Below are positions 31,971 to 46,230 of a DNA stretch of 64,000 nt, in pieces; position 1 is the stretch's first letter, and every line of letters begins with the position of its first letter. The translations under genes were made by a program, and so were the position numbers. The notes under the pieces were generated by a model that had not been told where the DNA came from, did not search any database, and saw only the letters and a list, made by a program, of their open reading frames with translations. Origin of the DNA: Eledone cirrhosa (Eukaryota); assembly GCA_964016885.1 (NCBI GenBank), contig OZ024743.1:56358001-56422000 (forward strand), written 5' to 3'.

Positions 31971-32892
31971 GTCACACTTGTTCAGCGCATCGGTAGGGGT
32001 TCTCGTACATGGATATAAAGTAGTGGCCGTACTCGAAAACGAGTTGGCAGCCACCATGTATGTATATAGAGATGACCCCTTAGCCTTTGTCAAGGCAGAA
32101 TTCTAGGAGAAGGAAAACTCTGATATAACACCTGCAACTCTGATGGTATCCAATGATGTTGACTTGTTCTTCTTTTTGGTAAATATCATCTTGGTTAAGA
32201 GAGTGGGACTGGCTTTGTGCAGTGCCTTTGCTCACTATAAAAGCTTCACGGCACAGGCATTGCTTTATATCTGGAGATCTCTCTGCACTTGTCGTCACAT
32301 GATATCATGGGCCCAGCACTATGTGTCAATAATTGTCACAAGTGTAGTGTTTGTACCAGAGTTTTCAAGTCGCTGGCTGGACTAAAAAGTCACACTTGTT
32401 CAGCGCATCGGTAGGGGTTCTCCTACATGGATATAAAGTAGTGGCCGTACTCGAAAACGAGTTGGCAGCCACCATGTATGTATATAGAGATGACCCCTTA
32501 GCCTTTGTCAAGGCAGAATTCTAGGAGAAGGAAAACTCTGATATAACACCTGCAACTCTGATGGTATCCAATGATGTTGACTTGTTCTTCTTTTTGGTAA
32601 ATATCATCTTGGTTAAGAGAGTGGGACTGGCTTTGTGCAGTGCCTTTGCTCACTATAAAAGCTTCACGGCACAGGCATTGCTTTATATCTGGAGATCTCT
32701 CTGCACTTGTCGTCACATGGTACCATGGGCCCAGCACTATGTGTCAATAATTGTCACAAGTGTAGTGTTTGTACCAGAGTTTTCAAGTCGCTGGCTGGAC
32801 TAAAAAGCCACACTCGTTCAGCGCATCGGTAAGGGTTCTCCTACATGGATATAAAGTAGTGGCCGTACTCGAAAACGAGTTGGCAGCCACCA
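31651..32892 (+). repeat. Three tandem 418-bp copies of the 3' part of the RTE-derived element
   Basis: gagatgacccc starts at 31651, 32069 and 32487. Confidence 0.93.
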
Positions 32893-33473
32893 TGTATGTA
32901 TGTATGTATGTATGTATGTATGTATGTATGTATGTATGTATGTATGTATGTATGTATGTATGTATGCTTGTATGTATGTATGCATGCATGTACGTACGTA
33001 TGTATGTATGCAGTGCCGGTGCCAGACTATCTGAAACCCTAGGTGAGGTTAGAATCTGCTCCACAACTCCAGGAAAATATCAATTTCAAAATTTATAAAC
33101 AATCATTTTTTTTTTTATTTTCATCATATACATGTATACATATGTGTACATATGTGCGGGGACATAGAAATAATCGCGCGGTTAAACCACTGGGAGTGAA
33201 GGATCCCTAGCCTTTTGTCAAGGCATTCTTCTAGGAGACGGCAACTCAGGAAACTGGGATAATTCCGACTTAAAACCTACGGCTCAGTAATTACCAATGA
33301 TATTGATCTTTTCTTCTTTTCTGCTTATAGTTACTGTTGCTCAGAGAGTGGGATTGGCTCAGTGCACAGTCTTTCCTCACGCACAGGCATTGCACGATAG
33401 CATTAATTGATAATTATTAATAATGTTATATCGAGCAATGGCCATACTCGATAACGAAGGGGCAGTTATCATC

Positions 33474-34296
33474 TATGGCTGTCCATGGTATGGCTGTCCA
33501 TGGTATGGCTGGCCATGGTATGGCTGGCCATGGTATGGCTGTCCATGGTATGGCTGGCCATGGTATGGCTGGCCATGGTATGGCTGGCCATGGTATGGCT
33601 GGCCATGGTATGGCTGTCCATGGTATGGCTGGCCATGGTATGGCTGTCCATGGTATGGCTGGCCATGGTATGGCTGTCCATGGTATGGCTGTCCATGGTA
33701 TGGCTGGCCATGGTATGGCTGTCCATGGTATGGCTGGCCATGGTATGGCTGGCCATGGTATGGCTGGCCATGGTATGGCTGTCCATGGTATGGCTGGCCA
33801 TGGTATGGCTGTCCATGGTATGGCTGTCCATGGTATGGCTGGCCATGGTATGGCTGTCCATGGTATGGCTGGCCATGGTATGGCTGGCCATGGTATTGCT
33901 GTCCATGGTATGGCTGTCCATGGTATGGCTGTCCATGGTATGGCTGTCCATGGTATGGCTGTCCATGGTATGGCTGTCCATGGTATAGCTGGCCATGGTA
34001 TGGCTGTCCATGGTATGGCTGGCCATGGTATGGCTGGCCATGGTATGGCTGTCCATGGTATGGCTGTCCATGGTATGGCTGTCCATGGTATGGCTGTCCA
34101 TGGTATGGCTGTCCATGGTATGGCTGTCCATGGTATGGCTGGCCATGGTATGGCTGTCCATGGTATGGCTGGCCATGGTATGGCTGTCCATGGTATGGCT
34201 GTCCATGGTATGGCTGTCCATGGTATGGCTGGCCATGGTATGGCTGTCCATGGTATGGCTGTCCATGGTATGGCTGGCCATGGTATGGCTGGCCAT
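33474..34296. repeat. 15-bp minisatellite TATGGCTG[G/T]CCATGG, about 55 units, with two interspersed variants
   Basis: Direct reading. Only two other substitutions are seen (about 33897 and about 33987). Confidence 0.97.
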
Positions 34297-34385
34297 AGGC
34301 ACGTCCGTGATGCTTTTACTCGAAATCGAGATGCAGCCATCACCACATATATGTATATATGTTTATCTATATATATATATGTGAG

Positions 34386-34490
<105 letters not shown>

Positions 34491-34509
34491 ATATAAAAAG
34501 ACAGATGGC

Positions 34510-34990
34510 ATGTCAAGCCTTGGCTATTGCGGTCGAGTTGAAAAACTCAAATTATTCCCTCCAACGCCGCATTATCTGCATTATCTCATGATGTGGAAAA
34601 TATTCCATCAGCATTGCCCAAATGATATTGGCATCACCTTTAAGGTACGCCCCGTGCTATCCGCCAACGACATAAATCAAAGTCGCATCTCATAAAAACA
34701 ATACTGCACACTTATTTCACCTCAATTGGCCTCGCTCTCTTCAACATTACACCAAAACACATTAAAACAGAAACAGACCCCATAAAGTTCAAGAAGTCTT
34801 TGGACAAATTCTTTCAAGAAATCCCGGATAAACCTCCTACACCCGGATATGTCTCTGCAAACAATAACTTCCTATTTGAGTGGGCCATGATATCCAAATC
34901 CTGATTTGAAAGACTTCGCCATGTCGTGCTATTAAGTTAGACATGGCCTGGCCCAATACTGGCCAAAACCTATCAAAGTTATCAAAGTTA
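34510..34990 (+). mobile_element. CR1/L2-group LINE 3' fragment
   Basis: LKL..LQRR..MMWKIFHQHCPN...LDKFFQEIPDKPPTPGY, with a short tandem tail atcaaagtt x2. Confidence 0.6.
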
Positions 34991-35018
34991 TATGAATATG
35001 TATATATGTTTATGTATA

Positions 35019-35091
<73 letters not shown>

Positions 35092-35095
<4 letters not shown>

Positions 35096-36303
35096 AAAAT
35101 TCAGGCCCTCGACGGCTGAGCTCAACCGTCGAGGTTCCGTGTGCCACTGCCGCGACATCGTCAGACAGCTTGTTACATAATAAGGTTATGTTTCCCAGGC
35201 AATCCAAATTGAGTCGACATGGGAACGGACAAAGCGTGTGCTCTTGGGTTCTTCGCCCATTCCCCTGTGAGTACCAATTCACCCCCACCGGTCTGCGCAG
35301 GCGCAGGTCCGAAGGAAATTGACCATCAACTACCGCATAGTTCTACGAAACTCGCCTAGGCAGGTCCCCCTCTGAACCAAACAATGACCCCATCCAGGCC
35401 TGTAATATGACACGGTTATAGCTTACTGCTATCCACCCTATTAGTGGAAGTCGGCCATAAAAACAACGATAAACCCCTATTTTCCTGCAGCAAATTACAT
35501 TTGCACAGATGCCTTGAACAGAATACCCTCTCACTTCACCAGATAACAAATCTATATATGAACAAATTGACAATCATATTAACCACATATACCCTCATTT
35601 CCATGCAGTTTACTTTCTTCGTATATATTTCTCATATATATATCCTATCTCGTTTTGCATCTATGTATTTTTCTTTTGTGTACCTTTTGCGTAATTTATA
35701 TTTGTATTTTTTGTTTGTTTTGTTCCATCTGATTTTTAATTTTTAGTTTTAATTTCCACTGTGAAACCATAATACCTAGAAATAAGTATATATTCTCTTA
35801 GAGGTTGATGGTCAATTCTACTGTCCGTGCTTAATTTAGGGTAGTATTGAGACCTATTGGTACTCATACTCTCCCAACCCCACTAGCTTTCGGCCGACTT
35901 CCACTAATAGGGTGGATAGCAGTAAGCTATAACCGTGTCATATTACAGGCCTGGATGGGGTCATTGTTTGGTTCAGAGGGGGGCCTGTCTAGGCGAGTTT
36001 CGTAGAACTCTGCAGTAGTTGATGATCAACTTCCTTCGGACCTGCGCCTGCGCAGACCAGTGGGGTTGAATTGGTACTCACAGGGGAACGGGCGAAAAAC
36101 CCAAGAGCACACGCTTTGTCCGTTCCCATGTCGACTCAATTTGGAGTGCCTCGGAAACATAACCTTATTATGTAACAAGCTGTCTGACGATGTCGCGGGA
36201 CTGGCACACGGAACCGTGTGGCCACTGTCGCCATTGAAATATGTATCACAGCATTATCATTAAAGGACTTTAACATCTGAAACTACTTCGCTTTTTCTTA
36301 TTC

Positions 36304-36305
<2 letters not shown>
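35092..36305 (+). mobile_element. Non-coding element with about 325-bp inverted arms (35133-35456 and 35891-36215) and a 3' hammerhead, inside (TA)n
   Basis: The arms are reverse complements. The 3' tail is repeated at 52319-52398. Confidence 0.85.
36179..36252 (+). ncRNA. Type I hammerhead ribozyme motif
   Basis: gctgt-CTGACGA-[long stem II including acacgg aa ccgtgt]-GAA-ATATGTAT-C-acagc. Predicted cleavage after C36247. Confidence 0.75.
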
Positions 36306-36385
<80 letters not shown>

Positions 36386-36619
36386 AATAAAATACAGAGT
36401 TACTAACTCATATTGATACCCTGTAATTAACAAGCTCAAAGTATAAATACTGAGCATTGTGTGTCTAAAATTACGAGGGTTGAAATACTACATTGGTTTG
36501 ATAAGTTTGATAAGTTGACTTTGCCTTTCATCCTTACGGGGTCGATAAAATAAAGTACCAGTAATGCACTGGATAATTGCTGGCCTTGTGCCTAAATTAG
36601 AAACAATTATATAATAATA

Positions 36620-37222
<603 letters not shown>

Positions 37223-37590
37223 TTTACATATATATATACATACATATACATATACGTGTTTTGCAACTGGTCACTTTGTGGCTCAATGAAAAATTAATAA
37301 ATTAAACAATCAGAGCTATATATCATAAAACATGTCTATAGAATCACAAGATAAAATATATACTATTTCCTCTCCCAATTAGCATAATTAACCATATAAA
37401 AATCGAATAGACCAGGCTATAAGAATGAGGCTTCTATGAAGAAATCTCCGACAAATAACCAAAACTCGCGCTTCACGTCGGCCGTAGCGGAATATTTATC
37501 GAATATTTCGACAGCGTAATCGCCTAGATATAGTCAACTAAACAGAATTAGGTGTAAAATAAACTAGGAGAAAATAGAATACATTTAAAT

Positions 37591-37678
37591 ACCTCTACCA
37601 TGGTTTCGTCCGTATTTTGAGTTTTCCAATAATTATGTAATAATTATATAAACTCGAGCGCCGGATTCATCAGGAAGC
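37591..37678 (-). ncRNA. Type I hammerhead motif with palindromic stem III
   Basis: Reverse complement reads gcttc-CTGATGA-atccg..gagttt..aaactc..cggac-GAA-ACCATGGT-A-gaggt. Confidence 0.75.
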
Positions 37679-37899
37679 TCGCTCTTATCTAGACACTAAA
37701 TTTTCCAAAGTGATCGCGCCAAGAAATTCATTTCAAAATGGCTAAAAATCGTGACGTAGTCGCGGTCAGGTTGGAAGGGGTGTGGTAGTTGCTTACGACT
37801 GGTGGCATTTTTGCTAGAAAGCACAGCACAATACAGCCAAATTTGTATCTCAACCTAATGATATATATATATATATATATTATGATGCGGTAGCTTGTA

Positions 37900-38320
37900 C
37901 AATCTATTCCCCGCTAGGTGTAGGTGAACCCGAAAGAAGATGTCCTCATCCTCGGGTCACCGCTCTTCCCGCCGGCATCCGTTCCACCATCAGGTCCAGG
38001 CTGTAGCAGTTCACGACCCTCACGAGTAGACTGGGCATTATTGATGTCCATCCAGCTCTCTTCCTGGGGAGATATACAACGGCAGGTTTGACGAACTTGG
38101 ATTGCAACAGGCCAACTTATCTGTTAGAAACGGTGGCCTTGGTCTCCGGACTCCGGTCTCGCTGGCATTGTTGGCGTTCCTTTCGCCGGTAACCTCTTGC
38201 CGCGTCCTCATCAACAGGGTTCTTCTAAACACAATGGAACCTACTGTGATCGAGGAACGTGAGGCCACCGCGAGACTTGGAACCAGCTTGGACTCCACCC
38301 AGTAGACGTCTCTTCTTCCC
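37900..38320 (+). pseudogene. CRE-clade non-LTR retrotransposon fragment (post-RT region)
   Basis: ILGSPL...QQANLSVRNGGLGLRTPVSLALLAFLS. Confidence 0.6.
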
Positions 38321-38761
38321 CCTGTTTTTCAGACTTATTTTTCAGTGACTTCTCAATTAGCCGACACAAACCTATATTTGGCGCCAAATCAATTTTTAAC
38401 AACCACATGACCTCTACCGACCAATCAAAATTGTTTTGACCACAAGAATTTTTGCAACACGAATTGGCGCGAAACTTATTTTAATACATCTGGAGCCACT
38501 TTTTTCACATAAAACAGGTAGAATTTCCAAAACTAATCAGATTAGAGCAAACATCACGGGCGCTCTATCTCAAAATTAGTTTTGAAAAGCATTAGAAATG
38601 CGCAACCGGTAAAACTTAAAACCAAAACTGAATACTAACCAATACTATTACTAATTTTCACTTATTCCTAATTAAACTATTTTTCACTGTGAACAATTTG
38701 TCAGCATTTTCTTTTCCGTTTACCAATATATCATAACTCGTGTGTTACACCTCTATTCTTT

Positions 38762-38817
<56 letters not shown>

Positions 38818-38849
38818 GAAGTTATATTTAATTTGTTGGGATTCCAACA

Positions 38850-38898
<49 letters not shown>

Positions 38899-39029
38899 GA
38901 AGTTATAATTAATTTGTTGGAATTCCAACAAACTTAAAAGTTTATAATTGATATAGAGCACTCAACAAATTACTGGAGTAAATATTCAATATATTTATAA
39001 ATGAAAACTATATTTATAAAACCATAATT

Positions 39030-39092
39030 ATTTTATTATATATATTTCAAGGGGAACCAAGCCAATCTTTGTGCGCTTTCATCAGATAAAAT
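39030..39092 (-). ncRNA. Type I hammerhead motif, left arm
   Basis: Reverse complement reads attttat-CTGATGA-aagcgc..ctt-GAA-ATATATAT-A-ataaaat. Confidence 0.78.
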
Positions 39093-39220
39093 ACAAAATT
39101 TGTTTTATAAATAGTGACATAACCATGGAAAACAACGTTGACGGTTGAAACTTCCAGCGAATTTTCAACCGTCAAGGTTGTTTTCCATGGTTATGTCACT
39201 ATTTATAAAACAAATTTTGT

Positions 39221-39283
39221 ATTTTATCTGATGAAAGCGCACCAAGATTGGCTTGGTTCCTCTTGAAATATATATAATAAAAT
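39221..39283 (+). ncRNA. Type I hammerhead motif, right arm
   Basis: ATTTTAT-CTGATGA-aag cgc accaag attgg cttggt tcct ctt-GAA-ATATATAT-A-ATAAAAT. Confidence 0.8.
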
Positions 39284-39322
39284 AATTATGGTTTTATATA
39301 TATAGTTTCCATTTATTAATAT

Positions 39323-39386
<64 letters not shown>

Positions 39387-39426
39387 TAACAACAAAGAGC
39401 GCTTAGAACATAGGTATATCTTTAAT

Positions 39427-39472
39427 TGCTAACAGTGTTTCGTCCACACTAGAAGTGGGACTCTTCAGAGCA
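39427..39472 (-). ncRNA. Minimal type I hammerhead motif
   Basis: Reverse complement reads tgct-CTGAAGA-gtcc..ggac-GAA-ACA c TGT-T-agca. Confidence 0.72.
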
Positions 39473-40216
39473 TAAAGAGTAAATACATAGTATACAAGCA
39501 TTGACAAAGCCAAAACAGAAGAATATATGTGGGGATATCATAAGTTGGGAGGAGTTTAAAGAGTAAAGTAAAAGGAGTAAAATAAGAAAAGAGTAAAATA
39601 AAAATTAAAATAAAGATAAAAGTAAAAATAAAGATAAAAATAAAAATGAAAAATAAGAAATGTTATCACTCACAGTTGGGCAGGGTTCCGTTAACATACA
39701 GCTACATACAAGTATACGCATAAGCATGAGCACCCGCATGCACCTACACACAAGCACCCATATGCAACACATACAGTATACACTAATACAAATAACATAT
39801 CATAGACGGATGGGCACAAGTTAAGAGATAGAGATAGATAAAAAATAGATAAGAGGTAGATAAAAAAATAGATAAAAAATAGATAAAAAATAGATAAAAA
39901 ATAGATAAAAAATAGATAAGAAATAGATAAAAAATAGATAAAAAATAGATAAAAGATAAAAAATAAAAAATAAAATAAAATAAAATAAAGTAAAGTAAAA
40001 TATACACCAGAAGATAAATAAAACAATACACCAAAAAAAAAAAAAATGGAGTAAAATATACACCATAAAGGAAGGTGTGGGTAAAGATAAGACTGGCAAA
40101 TGCATAAGCTATCAAGCTATGTTCAACAAGTGATATACGTACAACATATAAAATACACAAAAATATATACACAAAAATATATATAAAAAATATATATAAA
40201 AAAGACGTATACACAA

Positions 40217-40264
<48 letters not shown>

Positions 40265-40561
40265 CAGTCCAAGTAATGCATATTTATAAAAATGTAACTG
40301 GGGGTAAAAAGATGTAATAAGGGTAATCAAGATGGTAATTATTAGGGCATGTAATAATAATATTATTATAGAAATCCTAAGGTGACACTAGTGTTGACTC
40401 ATGGTGATATATGGAATATATCAGGACACGAACGCCATAGGTGTTGCAGTTAGCCGCAGTTCAACAATAGAGTGTTCGAATGAGGTTTTTTATGAACAGA
40501 TGCTATGTCCGCACTAGATTGAGTGGACCATTACAATGCAATGGAAACATCCCAGGTTGGA

Positions 40562-40688
40562 CAGTCCCAAAAGTTCACACTCCAAAGTTCAATCCACAGG
40601 TGTGCATTCATAGAGTTGAGCGGTGGGCAATCCCAAGAAGTTCACACTCCAAAGTTCAATACACAGATGTACATTCATAGAGTTGAGC
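40562..40688 (+). repeat. Tandem duplication, about 66-bp period
   Basis: aagttcacactccaaagttcaat..cattcatagagttgagc occurs twice. Confidence 0.8.
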
Positions 40689-41349
40689 ACTCAGGCAAGA
40701 ATTAATTGGTTAACAAGGTGTATCCATATCACAAGCAGGAGCATATGGTGGGAAGGTTGCAGGCAAATTCATATACAGCAGCACGAACATCAAGAGGCAA
40801 ATAACTGAGGCGCATATTAGTGAGCAGAAGCAGGCAAGTGCAGGTGGTAAAACGCAGTCAGGTGAAGCAGGTTACTATGCATACCATTTAATATAAGAAA
40901 ACTCAACAACGTGCATAACAAATAGCTTCCAAAGCCGATAACCACGAAATCACAACATTGAGCAACAATCCGGCATCGCAAGAATGTACGCAACATTAGG
41001 GTTAGTCCAGAGACAGTATATGTATACTTATACATACACACATACACACAAACATGTATATACAGAGACAGTATACATACACATATATACAGAGACAGTA
41101 TATACATATATATATACACATACACGTATATACACATAAATATATACATACACACACACACACACACCGCACCGGACACCCAAATCTACGCGGATATATT
41201 ACACAAAATATCTTACCCAGCTAACAAAAGTCAAAAACCCATAACAGTTGCTCTCACTGGTCGCAGATAATGTAGTTTCACAGTAAATTAGCCAGAGTAA
41301 TCACGATTAATATTCAAAATAAAACCTTGAGGAGATGCATATTCACACG

Positions 41350-41433
<84 letters not shown>

Positions 41434-41477
41434 TGTGTATATATATATATATATATTATTATTATTATTATTATTAC

Positions 41478-41522
<45 letters not shown>

Positions 41523-42051
41523 GTATATATATATGTATGTATGTATTATGTCAAGTCACCACTTGGATATGTCAGGTCACCACTTGGTGACCTGTCAAAG
41601 GGCAAAGGAGCTCTTAAGAGTCAATGGCCATCCAAAATCACTGGTAGAGATGACTCCTTAGCCTTTGTCAAGGCAGAATTCTAGGAGAAGGAAAACTCTG
41701 ATATAACACCTGCAACCCTGATGGTATCCAATGATGTTGACTTGTTCTTCTTTTTGGTAAATATCATCTTGGTTAAGAGAGTGGGACTGGCTTTGTGCAG
41801 TGCCTTTGCTCACTATAAAAGCTTCACGGCACAGGCATTGCTTTGTATCTGGAGATCTCTCTGCACTTGTCGTCACATGGTACCAAAGGCAAAGCACTAT
41901 GTGTCGATAATTGTCACAAGTGTAGTGTTTGTACCAGAGTTTTCAAGTCGCTGGTTGCACTAAAAAGTCACACTCGTTCAGCGCATCGGTAGGGGTTCTC
42001 CTACATGGATATAAAGTAGTGGCCGTACTCGAAAACGAGTTGGCAGCCACC

Positions 42052-42155
<104 letters not shown>

Positions 42156-42511
42156 GTGTGTATGAAAACATTCTTTTGGATTAGAATACGACATCTATAC
42201 ATATCAAATTACTTACCAAACGTGATTGATTACATTCAGCTTTGGTTGTCAGGTTAAACTTCCGTTTGTTACCGTTATTACCGCCATTTATATGCCAGCT
42301 CCATAAATACAGCACTAAGAATAGAGAATATAGTCATGAGGAATATATGTTTAAATGTTATGCTTATTAACATGGAGAGTGATAGTACTAAGCGTCATCT
42401 TAGTATTATAATATTACTAATGGTCCGTCCGGCTGGCGGCCGGCTAGGTATACCTGCCCCCACCACTCCACTGCAAAGATACCACACACTCTCCCGTGTC
42501 ACATTTTCCTT

Positions 42512-42592
<81 letters not shown>

Positions 42593-42718
42593 AATAACTA
42601 ACACTTTAATTGTATCTCTCTCTGTCTAACAGCCTATCTCTCTCTTTTTCCCTCCATCTGTTTTTCTGTCTCTCTCTGTAGATGTGTGTGTAGTTTTCCT
42701 AATCTCTCTCTCTCTCTC

Positions 42719-42761
<43 letters not shown>

Positions 42762-42902
42762 ATATTGAAGTGAGATACGCAAACTAAAACAGTGTTCTCA
42801 TATAGAGAGTGAAGAGCGACAGAGAGAGTAAAGCAGTTAAAGTATAGAGAGGGGGATGATCTTACATTCATACATGCATACATACATACATACATACATA
42901 CA

Positions 42903-42934
<32 letters not shown>

Positions 42935-42942
42935 AAGTATAG

Positions 42943-42995
<53 letters not shown>

Positions 42996-43068
42996 TTTGT
43001 GTATGTGTGTATGTGCATGTGTGTGTCTGTGTGTTTTGTTTTGATGTTATCCGGCAATTGGCGAAATC

Positions 43069-43124
<56 letters not shown>

Positions 43125-43571
43125 TATGCGAGCAACGACAGAAAAAGTGTGTGGGATACATACATTATTATATTTGTCTGTATTTTCGTTCTGCTACCAT
43201 TATATTATGATATTTGTATTCAAATGATTTTAGATGTATGTATTGCCTGCTTGCCCGTCCCTCTGTTTCTCTTTCCCTGTCTCTCTCTCTCTCTCTGGCC
43301 TCTCTCCTCTCTCTCCTCTCTCTCTCCCTCTTTCTCTCGCTCTCTCTCTTTAGATATGTGTGTGTGTGTAGTTTTCCTAATCTGTCTCTTTCATTCTCTG
43401 TCTCTCTAAGAGGGTTGCCTTTTGATGTATGTATTACCTTCTTGTGTGTTGACCGAATTTGAAGGAGGTTATCCTTTTGAAATAAACATACATACGACTC
43501 TCATCTCTATGTTGATATATGATATAAATAATTGGATTGATGAATTAATATCTGTATACAACAACTACAAC

Positions 43572-43850
43572 GGTACGCGATGGGGCCCACCCACAGCCCC
43601 GGCGGACAGAATGGAGAAGGCGTTTCCCCGGAGAACAGCAAGGGAGACGCGCTGGAAAAGCCACTCCAACTCGCGAAGCTCACACCTGCGGCTGGCCAGC
43701 TCAACGCCTATGGTGGTGAGTAAGTAGGTATCCCTGGGACCGAGGATACCAGAAGTCTCCACTGCCAGGGGAACGACCGCAAACCTGTCGGAGAGCGACC
43801 GGTATTTGAGGAGTTTGGCCTCCTCAGCCCGACGTGCAGCAGAACCTGGG
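43572..43850 (-). mobile_element. CRE-clade LINE 3' fragment (RLE endonuclease end); second copy at 59200-59500 (+)
   Basis: AARRAE..KLLKYRSLSDRFAVVPLAVETSGILGP...WLFQRVSLAVLRGNAFSIL. Confidence 0.75.
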
Positions 43851-44277
43851 TATATATTGATATATTGAAGGTAGATTCGGAAAGTAAAAGAGTGTAGTCA
43901 TTTAGAGAGTGAAGAGAACAGAGAGTAAAGCAGTTAAATTATAGAGATGGTGAAAGTGGGAGAGAGAGAGAGACGATGCTCAGTTTTATAATATTAGAGA
44001 GTGTAGAGCGACAGAGAGAGTAAAGCAGTTAAATTATAGAGAGGGGGAATGATCTATTATAGGGAAAGGGAAGAGTGACGGAGAGAGTAAAGCTAAGAAA
44101 CTATAGGGAGGTGTCTAGGATACATACGTGTTGACCGAATTTACATACGACGCTCCTCTCTACGGAAAGTAAAGGAGTGTTGTCATATAGATAGTGAAGA
44201 GAGACAGAGAGTAAAGCAGTTAAATTATAGAGAGGGTGAAAGAGGAGGAGGAGGAGAGATAGATAGAGAGAGAGAGA

Positions 44278-44320
<43 letters not shown>

Positions 44321-44544
44321 GACGCTCACCTTTATAATATTTGAGAGTGAAGAGCGACAGAGAGAGTAAAGCAGTCAAATTATAGAGAGGAGGAATGCTC
44401 TATTATAGAGAGAGGGAAGAACGACGGAGAGAGTAAAGCTACGAAACCATAGGGAGGTGTGTAGGATACATACATACATACATAATACACACGACTCTCA
44501 GCTTTATAATATTATATATATATATATAATATTATATATATATA

Positions 44545-45652
44545 TTTTTCCCCCCCGTCAAACTTGGGCGAAATTCTTTCCTTGCTCACATTTCTACCAG
44601 GTTCGATGGTCTTTCGTCTCTTGTTCACGATTTCACAGAGTTTATATTCATAGAGATCTGGGACTTGTCTATTTCTACTCACTTTCCGTTGCTTAAACCC
44701 TTTTTGTTGTTACTCTAGCGTCCCCCTTTATTTACGTGTCCCAACGACTTTTTTTAGCCGTTGTTCGCACCAACCTGAGGCATATGGCCCTTAAAGCGAT
44801 GAAATGCCGAGGACGGTTGGAGGGTCACTGATGAAGGACTCACTTTTTCATATGTATCCCATTTGCAACGCCGCAGCTCCATTATTATCATCATATTTAC
44901 ACATATTACTTTTCCATGCTGCCTGTCTGTCTGTTCCTTGTATCTTTACCACTTCTAGCAGTCTCTCTCCCTCTCTGTTACCCTCTCCTCAACTTTCACT
45001 CACTCATTCTCTGTCACTACCTCTCCTCCTCCTCTTTCCTCCTCCTCCTTCAAGTTTGACCTGTGTGTAATTCTTTTCTCGCGCAGTCTTGACCGAGCTG
45101 GTATGGAATTTTTTTCTCTCTCTCTTTCGTCTGTGACTTCACAAAACTTGCGTTTACCGATTTCGCAGACCAGACCACCTTATCTTCTTCTTCTTCTTCT
45201 TCTTCTTCTTCTTCTTCTTCTTCTTCTTCTTCTTCTTCTTCTTCTTCTTCTTCTTCTTCTTCTTCTTCTTCTTCTTCTTCTTCTTCTTCTTCTTCTTCTT
45301 CTTCTTCTTCTTCTTCTTCTTCTCTCCTTTCTCTGTCTCTCTCTCTCTCTCTTTTTTCCCCCCGTCAAACTTGGGCGAAATTCTTTCCTTGCTCACATTT
45401 CTACCAGGTTCGATGGTCTTTCGTCTCTTGTTCACGATTTCACAGAGTTTATATTCATAGAGATCTGGGACTTGTCTATTTCTACTCACTTTCCGTTGCT
45501 TAAACCCTTTTTGTTGTTACTCTAGCGTCCCCCTTTATTTACGTGTCCCAACGACTTTTTTTAGCCGTTGTTCGCACCAACCTGAGGCATATGGCCCTTA
45601 AAGCGATGAAATGCCGAGGACGGTTGGAGGGTCACTGATGAAGGACTCACTT

Positions 45653-45660
<8 letters not shown>
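44545..45660 (+). mobile_element. Element with about 308-bp essentially identical direct repeats (44545-44853, 45353-45660)
   Basis: Direct comparison. Non-coding core with (CTT)n, flanked by TA tracts. Confidence 0.8.
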
Positions 45661-45708
<48 letters not shown>

Positions 45709-45816
45709 TAAAATAACAGATTAAAGTTTAAGCAAAGAGTCGCTGCTTTCACCCTTAACGGGATCTTAATAAATATATAATATTCTCTACTTTGGCATTG
45801 AGCACTTTTATAAACC

Positions 45817-46230
<414 letters not shown>

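Larger units (their letters stand above)
38895..39327. mobile_element. Near-perfect hairpin element (arms 38987-39150 and 39162-39326) with back-to-back hammerheads
   Basis: The arms are reverse complements around a loop of about 11 nt. Flanked by (TA)n. Confidence 0.88.

Noticed and set aside
44770-44820. SECIS element (TGA...AAA...GA stem)
   Set aside because: It lacks the RUGA start, helix II is poor, and there is no associated UGA-containing ORF.
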